This document shows positions 1 through 9,585 of a DNA stretch of 34,095 bases, in pieces; position 1 is the first letter of the stretch, and every line of letters starts with the position of its first letter. The DNA lies in the NCBI GenBank assembly GCA_009602725.1, contig WELB01000003.1, positions 960,064 through 994,158 of the forward strand, in the 5' to 3' direction. The translations under genes and the position numbers were made by a program. This DNA comes from Spirogloea muscicola. Taxonomy: Eukaryota. The notes under the pieces are model-generated. The model was not told the DNA's origin, did not search any database, and was given only the letters and a program-made list of their open reading frames with translations.

Positions 1-1
1 C

Positions 2-88
2 GCCGCCGCCGCGCCGCCGCCGTCGCGGCGGCTCGGCGAGGCCGAGCCGCAGGTGGCGGAGGCCGTCCACCACCTCCTGTGGGACTGA
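2..88 (+). CDS. Possible 3' end of an upstream gene (...RRLGEAEPQVAEAVHHLLWD*)
   Basis: Open frame from the window edge with GC3-rich codons, ending TGA at 86-88. No homology recognised. Confidence 0.25.
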   Translation, partial: AAAAPPPSRRLGEAEPQVAEAVHHLLWD

Positions 89-3000
89 GCGCCGCATCGC
101 CGCCACCGTCTCGAGCCCCCGCAGCACGCTCCCACGGCGGCACTGCCGCCAGACTTGCTGCTCCGACCTCTGCCGCCGCTGAACGAGCGCCCGTCTCTAT
201 CGACTGCCTCCACCTGAACACGAAGTCCATCACGCTCGACTGGGCAAGCAGCCCCAGCCCGCCTCGCTGCCGTGGCCCGTCAATGGGCTCCCCGTTACTT
301 GCTGTACGTGGAGGACTGAGCTCCTCCTTTTGGGATTATTATCTCTCTTTTCATAGTTGACAGCCACCCCCGCGCCCATGCGGGCTGCTGTTTTTTCTCC
401 GGCGCCTGGCTGCTCAAAGCCGGGTGTCAGGACCGCTGTAGAACCACTGCCCCCTTTGGCGTGGCCCTAGCTGCCACCTCCCAGCCTGGTCACAGGGCCT
501 AGCATGACCACCTGCTTTGTGGGTGAAAGCCCCAGCAGCATGACCTTCTGCACCTGACGGCCACCCTCTAGTCCCCCTTGCCCAGTTGCCCAGTTGTTCT
601 CCTCCTCCCCCATTTTTAGAGCTGCAACAGCGCAGCTGCTGACAGCCGCCTGCTGCTTGCTGCTACACATCCATTTGTCCAGGCCCCGTGAACAAATGAG
701 TTCTCGGGGGTAGGTTTCCTTACATTCTGCTGATACTCTTTACAATCTTCATACGGCATTGCAGCCGTCACGACCACCTAGGCTCGTTCACTGTCTGACA
801 AGCATCAATGCAGCTTCCTGCTAGCTTGGTAATGAGTCAAGACCAGATCACCGGTTGCTGTGACAATGACAACCCATCATCTGCACTATGTACCTTGCAC
901 GTGTACCGCCACTTCTGTGATTGTCTTGTCTTTGACTGGTTGTCTGTCTTTGACTGGTATACCAGCAGACTGGTATGGTCGTGTGGCACTCCCAAGTCCA
1001 CTGTGCATATTAACCTCGTCTGTCTTGACGTCTCTGAGTAACTTAGATAGCAAGGTCTTTCCTATGCAAAGATCTCAACTTGGCAAGGCTCAGCATGTAG
1101 TTGCAATATGCTGCTTGATTGTCGTGCTTGCTTATTCTACTCGATGGCCTGCGGGCAGCTTTTGACTATTTGATACGGAGATGGCAAAACGTATCGCTCA
1201 GTGTTGGAGATGCTTGTAAAGAAGGCAGTGCCCATTGAAACAGACTCGCGCGACAATCTTTTGGCAACTCTTGCTTGGCAATCAGCTCAGCAACTTAGCA
1301 CAGCCAGCCAGCAAATGTGGTTAGAGTGAGGCAATGGCGCGCAGAATGGAAGCCGTGTCATGCATTACCATGTCGAGGCTTATGCATGTTGATCTGACTC
1401 AAAAGCCGATCTGACTAACACGAGAATGGTACTGGTAGGCTTACTCATACTGATCTTCTAGTCGCGTCGAGCGCGGAAGCCCCCTCCCTGAGAAGTTCAA
1501 GATGAAATGCTGAATAAAATCGTGTAGTAATGGCAGCACAGCGACAACGAAGGGCCACGTGTGCGCTTGATACTTTTAGCCAATGAAGACCTTCCAAGGT
1601 GCAACAACGAGGGAGCCCACAAAGAGGGCACCTCAGCCATCACGTACTGTGTAGGCGGGCGCTACAGAAGCGGTGGCAAGGAGATGGCGGAGCGACGCTG
1701 AAGCCAACAATCCATGGTCCAAGAAAGCACTGGGCTTGACGAAGGATCAAATAAGGGGCAACCGGCCATACCACGGCCTACTGAAAGATGCAAGTCACCT
1801 CGACGAGACCAGCAGTGCAAGGGAAGGGAACCCCACACCACGCAGTCTGCTTGGCAAGCCTCAGCCTCTAGCTGAAAGCCGCACCTGCGAAAGCGCCGCA
1901 CTTTGGTCGTCGAATTCGGGCACTGGGTGCACCTGCTAGTGAGCCTTCGCTGGACCTGCATGCGATGCGCAAATGGACACTTGCGGTGCGCAGCCTCAGC
2001 CTCGAGTGTTGTGCTCTCCTTGTGAGCTGCTACATTGTGAGTGCCAGTTTTCAGACCCGGTCAGAAATTCATGGGTCAGGGCTGAACATGGGTCGTGACC
2101 AGTTTGACAAGCGCCGATGTCGCACACAGGATCATTTTGTGGTCGGGTGCGTTGCATACACTGCTTGTGTGACGCCTTTCCATCTTTGTTGCATTGGGTC
2201 GCCAAGGGCTAGGTTGTCGTGCTTAGCCCGTGCAGACTTGGCCTATAAGGTAGTCTTCTTGGAAGATCTCTTTGGCTCAAATTTGAAAGGTCTGTTTTGC
2301 TCAGGTCACGCACTAAGTCTGTCTCTAATGGCTCTCTTTGGCTCTGATTGCGAGTATGATCTCCTCTGTGGAGCGTCTCTTCGGCTTGGATCCACTCACC
2401 AGCCTCTGTCTCCGCTTGTCTGCACCTGAATAAGCCTCAGCTTTGGTTCAGGCAGTCTACTCTCACTCTCTGCTGTCTGCTTTCTGCCCTCTTCCATACC
2501 TGCCATACTTGTAGGTACCGCGTTACTCTTTGCATGCATTTCAGACAGTCTCCTTAGTCGTCCGTCAATCTGACCCCTGGGATACACTTTTCCCTTTGGT
2601 TTCGTGGCCACGTCGTCTCTACACATCAGCATCAAAAGCCGAAGTGGCATATCAACACCACCTGGCAAGCAACTCCACTTGCTTGACACCGCATCTCCCA
2701 AATACTACCTCCAGGGCAAGAGTCCAGTACTGGAGTGCTGCACGCACCCCGTTGCAACTGGTCCTCTGAGCCGTCGGCCAGCAGATGGAAGACAGACTAA
2801 AGCCCGCCTGCTCTATAATGTGCAACTAGCGGTAGGCCTGACATAGTTGGCACCAGCTTCATTTTGCAGCCACTACAGGCGGAAGCATTAGGGAGAGCCC
2901 ATAACATGAGTCGTAGATCCAATCAGTACGCGAGGTCCTGTCGGTCAATATAGCCAAGTGGCGGCTCAGAGCTTGCACACAAGTCTTGGGGCCAACAGTC

Positions 3001-3486
3001 GTATGTACACATCAGCTTGAAGAAGGTCGGAATTGTTGCAGGATAATACAGATGCACACTGCTTCGAGCTCTCCGGAATGAACCACTGCATTGTGAACGA
3101 TAGGCTTCTCACTGGACCAAGTGAGCCAGAAGTACTGCGATTGACGCCTGAACAACACCGAACATGGTCGACTTGGCAAGTGTATACATGTCGCAGAGCG
3201 ACAAAAGTTGTAGTGTTGGGTGACATGCTGTACAGGAATGACCATTCCGAGGCCAAGTGCAAGCCACCGCGGGCCGCTGCCAAGGGTCACAAGCGTACTC
3301 GGACCGTACTTGGGCAGCCAGGAGTTGGCCAGCCGGCATGGTGCACTCTAATGGCACACATGACTCTTCCTACGGCAGGCACAGAGGGCCCGGCTGCTGC
3401 AGTGCGGCAAAGCTAAGCTGGAGAGAGCGAGGGGGCAGTGAAGCCAGAGCGGCTCACTGGAGCCCCGCCGAAGAAGGGTCTGCGCG

Positions 3487-4443
3487 CTACGAGGAGGCTG
3501 CATTGGCGGCGGCCGCCGAGAGGCAAGCGGCGAGCGCCTGGAGGGGCGTGATGGGATGCCGGAACGTGAGCTCGACGCAGCCGCCGGCAGCCGGCGCGGC
3601 CCGCATGACCACGTCGTTGGCGCCGTCCTCCGAGTCGGGCTCGACGACCAGGAGCTCGAAGCCGGAGCCGGAGGCGGTGCGTGCGGAGCGGCCGAGGAGG
3701 GTGACCGTCTGCTCGTCCCTGGCGATGGCCGCCCACTGCAAGGGCCGCAGCGCGCCCCGGCCGCGGCCGCCCTTGCTGTCGCTCGGCGAGAAGCCAAAGG
3801 AGCCGAGGAGGCCGCCGCCGCCGCCGCAAGCTCTCGCTTCTTGCGCGGCCCCGGCCTCCGCCGTCAGCGCGTACGCGTTGCCCTTGGTGCGCGGCGCCAG
3901 CCGGGCCACGGCCAGGGCCTCGCCGCCGTCGTCGGCGCCGCCGCCGGGCTGCGCGATACAGAAGCCGCGGCCAGATGGGTCCCGCGCGGCCGTCAGGATG
4001 GGGTCCGCGTCGGCGTCGGCGCCGAGGACGAGGACGTAGCCGCCGTCGGGCTGCGGCAGCACGCAGGCCGCCATTGTTGTATCGATGCTGGAGGCGCTGG
4101 CTCCGCTGGGCTGGCAGCGGCCGGCGAGCTCGCAGGCGTCGCACAGCGAGCTCCGTCGGCTGCTGCTGCTGCCGCCGCCACTGCTGCGGGACGACGGGGA
4201 CGGCATCTCGACGTCCTTGTAGAGCCAGGCGTGGAGCGCGCCGTTGCTGCTGCGACGCGACGGCGAGCCGCTGGGCGACGCGGCGCCGGAGGAGCAGCAC
4301 GAGGAGCAGGGCTCCGAGGCGGCTGCCGACGGAGACTCCACGGCGATGGCGGCCATGTCGCCGGACGGCAGCTGGCTCCAGCTGAGCGAGCGCGCGAGCT
4401 CCGGGCGCCGCAGGCGCGCAGCGAGCTTGCGGACGAGGCCCAT
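3487..4443 (-). CDS. Intronless, degenerate Tubby C-terminal-domain-like protein with Ser-rich N-terminus
   Basis: ATG at 4443 in gccgccATG context within ORF 3487..4614; strong GC3 bias. The C-terminus LTFRHPITPLQALAACLS resembles the tubby terminal helix (xDYRYPLSAFQAFAICLS), and ARTASGSGFELL resembles RVTVASVKNFQL. Confidence 0.65.
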   Translation of the reverse strand: MGLVRKLAARLRRPELARSLSWSQLPSGDMAAIAVESPSAAASEPCSSCCSSGAASPSGSPSRRSSNGALHAWLYKDVEMPSPSSRSSGGGSSSSRRSSLCDACELAGRCQPSGASASSIDTTMAACVLPQPDGGYVLVLGADADADPILTAARDPSGRGFCIAQPGGGADDGGEALAVARLAPRTKGNAYALTAEAGAAQEARACGGGGGLLGSFGFSPSDSKGGRGRGALRPLQWAAIARDEQTVTLLGRSARTASGSGFELLVVEPDSEDGANDVVMRAAPAAGGCVELTFRHPITPLQALAACLSAAAANAASS

Positions 4444-4560
4444 GGCGGCGGCGGCGGCGGCAGCGGGGCTAGCCCGGCGGGGGAGGGGGGAGGGGCTGCC
4501 CCCCTCCTCCCCCCCTCCTCGCGCCCCTTGGCGGGCCCCCCGGGCGGCGCTACGCGACAA

Positions 4561-5298
4561 GCCACGTGGCCCCGCCGCGGGCCCGACGTGCCGCGGGCGC
4601 CGGGCGTCGACCAATGAGCGCGCGCCGAGACGCGGCGAACCGACGCCGCTAAGCCGCCGGCCACGGCTGGCTGGCGGGGCGCGGGACGGACGGCTGCGAT
4701 GAGCGCCCTCCCCGCATCGGACGGCTCACAGAGGGGTGGACGGCAGGCCGGGGGGCGGGAAGCGGGGCGAGTGCGCGTGCGGCTCGTGCGGCAGGCTGTT
4801 GGCGCGGCGGCTCGAGTGCTCGAGCGCCCCCCCCGCCGGAGGGCGCCACGTGGCGTCTCCCCGTCACACTGACTGACCGTTCTCTTGTGGGAACCACTGG
4901 AAGGCAGCCACGTGGACTGGAGGAGACGCGGCGCCCCGCCCCCGGGCTCTGCACGTGCGCGGGTGGCTGTCCACACGGATGGGGTGCCGCCCGTCGGGCC
5001 GCGGCGCGCCGCCGCCGCGTCGACCCCGGGAGAAATTTGTTTTTGTGTGGTCTAACCTTGTCTATTTATTGATTTCCGGCTGGCATTCAGCAACCCCCGG
5101 CCCCCCTTTACAAGAAGGAGATGTTCCCAGGAGAGGGCGGTGGCTGTGAGAGGCCAACCCAGAAAAGAACAGACAAGGTTCGACCACAGCATCGCCAGGA
5201 AATTTCTCGGGGTAGTGCGGCGGCGAGGCGCCGCGGCCCGCCGGCCGGCACCATCTCCGTGTGGCCGGCGCCGGCGGACCGTCGCCACCTGCACGTGC
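4561..5298. promoter_or_regulatory. Cluster of G-box/ABRE-like CACGTG sites upstream of the tubby-like gene
   Basis: GCCACGTGGC 4561-4570, CGCCACGTGGCG 4844-4855, GCCACGTGG 4907-4915, GCACGTGC 4951-4958 and 5291-5298; CCAAT at 4611. Confidence 0.35.
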
Positions 5299-5385
5299 AA
5301 GCCCCGGGGGCGAGGCGCCGCGTCTCCTCCAGTAGTGGAGGAGTCCACGTAGTGGCCTCCGAGTGGCTTCCCACAAGAAACGGTC
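4875..5385. repeat. Large imperfect inverted repeat (arms ~4875-5095 and ~5142-5385, ~45 bp spacer)
   Basis: The reverse complement of the right arm reproduces left-arm blocks in order: GACCGTT.CTTGTGGGAA, CGTGGACT, GGAGGAGACGCGGCGCC, CCCCCGGG, GCACGTGC, CCACACGGA, GGGCCGCGGCGC, GAGAAATTT, TGTGGTC.AACCTTGTCT. A third partial direct copy lies at ~5990-6130. Confidence 0.9.
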
Positions 5386-6269
5386 GGGCCACAACAGAGG
5401 GGGGCTGAGCCCAAAAACAATCCCAAAGTCCAAAGAGCCTGAGAAAACGGTGCCGAAAAGAAAGCTACACATCTATAGACACGAGACCTTTTTGGCTCAC
5501 CCGGGGGTATTGAGCTTCCTGTGATTTCGTCGTGTCTTCTTCTCTAGCTGCCTAGCTGTGTGTTTTTTGTTTTTGTGTTTTTTGGCTTTTGACATTGTCC
5601 ATTCTTTCTGGGCTGGCTTTGCTGGCCCCCTTTCTCTATGGGCGCGCTCTTTCTTTCCTTCTTTTTGAAGAGCTGCTCCTATTCCTTTCTCCTTAGGGAT
5701 GGTTTACACCGGGTCGGTCGGTCGCAAATTGCCTCGTATTGGCCTTGACTTTGACCCCAAGTGTCCATACAATGCGCGACACGTTTTCCTCGGCCGCGTC
5801 CACCCGACCCGGTATAAACTGGCCCTAAGCTTAGTGGGTCGTTCGTCTTCCTCAGTCGCCTTAAGGCCGTTCCCGAAAAGCTTCTACCTGTCAACATTTC
5901 TAGGCTGGCCACACGAAGGATTTGAAGTGTGACAAAGTGATGACGGGCCAGAGTGGCCAAATACTAAGCCACACGGCCACACGAAGAGGTGCCGGCCGCG
6001 GCGCCGCGGCGCCCCGCCGCCGCGTCGACCTCGAGAGTTTTCGGGGCGCGATGCTGTAGTTGAAACCCAGGTTCATTCCATTTTCTCTTCTGGGCTGGCA
6101 TTCGGCAGCCCTCGCCACCTTTGAAAGAGCTCCTGATGATTCATCTTCGTTGGACGGCTGCTTCTTTCCGCAGCTCCGCTTCATCGCTTCGCCCACTTGC
6201 TTGTACTCTGCTCATTCTTCTATGGGCTGGCTGTTCCAGCCCCTATCCTCAATGGGCGAGCTCTTCTAC

Positions 6270-6421
6270 TTGCTGACGCCTTTGGGGTCTGCTCTACAAT
6301 GGCCCGTGCGCTGCACCTGCGTGCCGGCCGAGCCCTCGCTGCTGCCTCTGGCTCTGGCCAGGGGACGTCCTTCCAGGAACATAGCCTCTCAGACCTGCGA
6401 CTGCTTAGCAGGGGTTACTGA
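6270..6421 (+). mobile_element. 3' fragment of RLE non-LTR retrotransposon ORF (divergent subfamily)
   Basis: Translates ...ARALHLRAGRALAAASG...SDLRLLSRGY*, homologous to the ORF end of the 26643 element (ANALHQKAGRAL...SDLYVLTRGY*). Confidence 0.75.
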
Positions 6422-7270
6422 GTAGTTAGTAGCTGCTTTGTTTCTTCTTGTGTGCTTCTTTCTTAGTGCTTCGCCTTAGTGCTTCGCCTGGCCCCCCTTC
6501 TTCTTGGGCTTCTTGTACTCTGCTCATTCTACCATAGCCTCTTCAGTCCCCTTTGTAGCTGCTCCACGCTTTTTCGGCCCCTTCGAACCTTTGTTAATTC
6601 CTTTTGGGCTGGCTTTTCGCATCCCTTGCTTTTCGCGCCTTCCGGCCCTCTCAGAAATTGTCCAATCCTTCGGGCCGGCCTCTCACAGCCACTGCTGTCG
6701 AGTCAAGAAGCTATTCCCTTCCAGACTCACCAGCAGGAGGCTCACCAGCAGATCTGCTCAGATACTGCAGTGACCTTCCACAGCAGGTGGGCGCCGCCGC
6801 CAACATGCTAGCCAGCTCGCTAGGGACCATTATCCCCATAGACATGCGCCGCTGTAGCCACGCTGCCCTTCGTCTACACGAAGTTGTGTACCTACGAGGT
6901 ATTCCTGCAGCAGCGCCATATTGGCTATCAATTGCTGCGACGTCAACCCAAGAAGCGCGATGATGTGCTCACTTATGTCACCCAAGATATGGTCACAACA
7001 AGTACGACATGTTCGTAAGGGGGGAGGCTAATATTGGGGCCCTTTAAGACCTTGTACACTCCTTTGAGCTTGCTTCTCACCATTGCCGTCAATCGGACAA
7101 GCTATGCTTTGGAAGAGCTCACCTCCTCGCCCCCTCTGACAGAAGAAAGTGGCTCTCCCAAAGCTCATCCAATTTACGTCAATGGCTGGAAAGAGGTCGA
7201 GGGATGTGAACAGCCCGAAAAGAAGTGACAAGGTCCGAAGAGGCCCAAAAAGCGCTTTACTCAACGCTAA

Positions 7271-7332
7271 CAGAGAGAGAGGGCGCGCGGGGCGCATGAA
7301 TTGAAAGGGAGGCCAATTCAAGCCAATACATT
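7271..7332. repeat. 62-bp block repeated at 26320-26381 (1 mismatch); diverged inverted copy ~8265-8320
   Basis: CAGAGAGAGARGGCGCGCGGGGCGCATGAATTGAAAGGGAGGCCAATTCAAGCCAATACATT read at both sites. Confidence 0.9.
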
Positions 7333-7382
7333 GTTCAGGCAGAGTCGAGTGCAGACTAAACAAGGCTACATAATACGGAGAC

Positions 7383-7388
<6 letters not shown>

Positions 7389-7418
<30 letters not shown>
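7389..7418. repeat. (AG)n microsatellite
   Basis: About 15 AG units. Confidence 0.95.
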
Positions 7419-7420
<2 letters not shown>

Positions 7421-7584
7421 AAGAGCTCTGTCCATTGTTTTTGGGCTGGCATTACCAGCCCCTCTTCTCTTCTCTATGGGCGAGCACTTTCTTCTGAGAG
7501 AGCACTACTCTGTTCTTTCTTCTTTTCCATCTTTAGCTAGCCTATCACAGCCGTCGCCCTCATTCAGGAAGACCTTCTCCACCG

Positions 7585-7853
7585 AGCGTTTGGGACTCGG
7601 TGGCTCGACCTTCTCCAGCGACTTGCGCGGCGTGCAATGTCCCGCTGCCAAGGACAGCAGAGCGAGCAGCCCAGCTACCATGTCGCCGGGTCGCTTGCCT
7701 AAACGTACAGGACGCCTGGCAATCTCCTTGCAGAGATACATAGCCTTTGCCGTCCACTTGCATGCAGGCCGCGACTTGGCTGCTGCCTCAGCTGCTGCTT
7801 TCCGTCAGGGCGACGCTTTCCGCCCTCTATTGATTCTGACTTGCATTTACTGA
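7585..7853 (+). mobile_element. Degenerate RLE retrotransposon 3' ORF fragment
   Basis: AFGTRWLDLLQRLARRAMSRCQGQQ..., then a stop and frameshift, then RLAISLQRYIAFAVHLHAGRDLAAAS. This parallels GCLGPRFHTLLQNIA...RVSACLQRAQANALHQKAGRAL. Confidence 0.7.
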
Positions 7854-8036
7854 CCAAAACTTATTGAGAGCCCACTTGCTGACGTCTTGAAGACTACTAT
7901 TCTGCTTCTTGCGCCATCTGACCTTTTCAGACCTTGTCCATTCCTGTTGGGCTGGCTCCTCACAGCCGTTGCCGTCATTTTGGAAGAGCTATCTCTTTCT
8001 ATTCTACTCGCCGTGTAGAGCACTTGTTGTTGGCTG

Positions 8037-8183
8037 CGGCTCTAAGCGTTGCAGCGCACCCAAGCTCTAGCTATTCAACAACGTGCTGGGCGCGCTTCAA
8101 GTCCGGCCACCAGCTTCCGTGGCGGAGCTACGGCTCCTCAAAATTTAGCCTGTCGGAGTCATATGTGCACCCGTTGGTACTAA
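8037..8183 (+). mobile_element. Degenerate RLE retrotransposon 3' ORF fragment
   Basis: LQRTQALAIQQRAGRA...MCTRWY* (TAA 8181-8183), matching the family's C-terminus. Confidence 0.6.
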
Positions 8184-9075
8184 TATCACACTATTACCTT
8201 CGCCACCAGAAATGGGCTACAGTTCATGCTGCCCCACTGTTTGCACTAGCTTTTACCTGAACAAGGTTTGGGCTTCAGATTGGCCACCCTTTCATTTCAA
8301 ATGCACGGCGTGCCTTCTCTCTTTTCTGGCCACTTTCTTCTTCTTTTTGGCCACTTTCTTCTTCTTCTCTGGGCTCGCCAATCACAGCCATTGCCCTCTA
8401 CTGGACGAGTCTCTCTCCCTTCCCTTCCTTTTCGGGTCAATTTGCAGTAGTGATGTACGTCACCAATGTGCATGCCTTTGTGCTTGGCCATTTTGGCCTT
8501 CCTTTGACCTTCACTTTGGCCTTCCTTTTTTAAAGAAAGTATATACACGCATATCCTTCCCTTCTCCCACCCGGGCCCGTAGGGCGGGGTGCGGGGTGAC
8601 TCGCATCACGTCGAAATTTATGGGGGAACTGTGACAAGTAAATTCCTTTGGGCTGGCCTCTCACAGCCATTGCCTTACATTGGAAGAGCTCTGTCGTTGT
8701 ATCGAGACGGAAGGGTAGTGAAAGCTTCACCCACCTTCGGACCCCTGGACCTTGCCCCGTGCAGTTGTCATCTTACTGTTGTAGCACCAGCCCAATGCCT
8801 TTCAAAGAAAGGGCTCGCCCATTGAGGAGAGGGGCTGGACAAGCCAGCAACCCTTACAGATTTGGTGAGGTGCTGCCCACAGTGTGACTTCATGGGCATA
8901 TAGTACGACCCTGTCTGGGGCAAAGACACTGCAAGAGCATAGAGGTGAGGCTGTGTGCGAGATGCAAGTCAACTCGGCTCTGGTGCAGGGGAAGGGAGGA
9001 CTCATGCCTGTTGGGTGCTTTTCTGCCCAATCATAAGACCCATGCTCGTCAGAGTAGGAAAGTACACCACGCATA

Positions 9076-9402
9076 AATTTTCGTGTATTTGAAACAGACG
9101 AAGGCCAAATGGCCAAGTACAAAGGCAAACACATCTAAAGACCTACCTAAACTACAGCACGTAGACCCGCTCAGTGACCACGGGTCAAAACATGAAGGTC
9201 GCTAATCGATGCCTGAATACTAGATGTCAGATACGAAGCCCTTCTGCCACCAACTAGAAAGGGCTCGCCCAGCTTTCTGGTGCAAGGCATTAGCCTGAGC
9301 ATGCTGCAAACAGTCGTCGCAAGAACGACAGATATGCAGCTGGCAAGCCCATCTCAGCCGGAAACCCATCTGCACGACGTGTGTAGCCTAGATTGGTCAT
9401 GT
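9076..9402 (-). mobile_element. 5'-truncated copy of the RLE retrotransposon (same subfamily as 26545-27440 and 29003-29430)
   Basis: Shares TTCGTGTATTTGAAACA..., GGCCAAGTACAAAGGCAA, CGGGTCAAAACAT.AAGGTCGCTAA and GTGTAGCCTAGATTGG with the other copies; stop at 9171-9173. Confidence 0.9.
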
Positions 9403-9585
9403 AAATACGCACACGCAGGTAAATAAGCGATAATCAAGAATGGCCGCTTAGTAACCCCTAGTTAGCAGCCGCGTTCTTGTCATGGCCCCATGATGTCTCC
9501 AAGTCATTGCATGGCGCCTCTGAGCTGCTGCGCCCCGCACTGACGAGCCGGCTAGGGCGGCGTGCCGACAGAGCTCCACATCCAG

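Larger units (their letters stand above)
5057..8853. repeat. Cluster 1 of dispersed hairpin motif (approx. CCTTGTCCATTCYTTYTGGGCTGGC-N5-7-CAGCC...TGGAAGAGCT/ATGGGCGAGC)
   Basis: Copies near 5078(+), 5142(-), 5610(+), 6091(+), 6224(+), 6606(+), 6672(+), 7205(-), 7443(+), 7540(+), 7949(+), 8371(+), 8650(+), 8832(-). Confidence 0.85.

Noticed and set aside
400..3420. Short ORFs of 60-150 aa
   Set aside because: No recognisable domains or consistent exon chain. Possibly UTR/intronic DNA or a divergent gene I cannot support.
3257..4976. Several long overlapping ORFs (260-353 aa) on both strands
   Set aside because: Shadow frames of a very GC-rich gene and promoter; Arg/Ala/Pro-rich with no motifs.
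6880..6930. YLRGIPAAAPYW resembling a Helitron Rep motif
   Set aside because: Too short; no other Rep or helicase motifs.
5057..8853. CRISPR-like or integron attC-like array of palindromic repeats
   Set aside because: Copies are degenerate, irregularly spaced and in both orientations; no cas or integrase gene; eukaryotic context; intervening DNA is retroelement debris.
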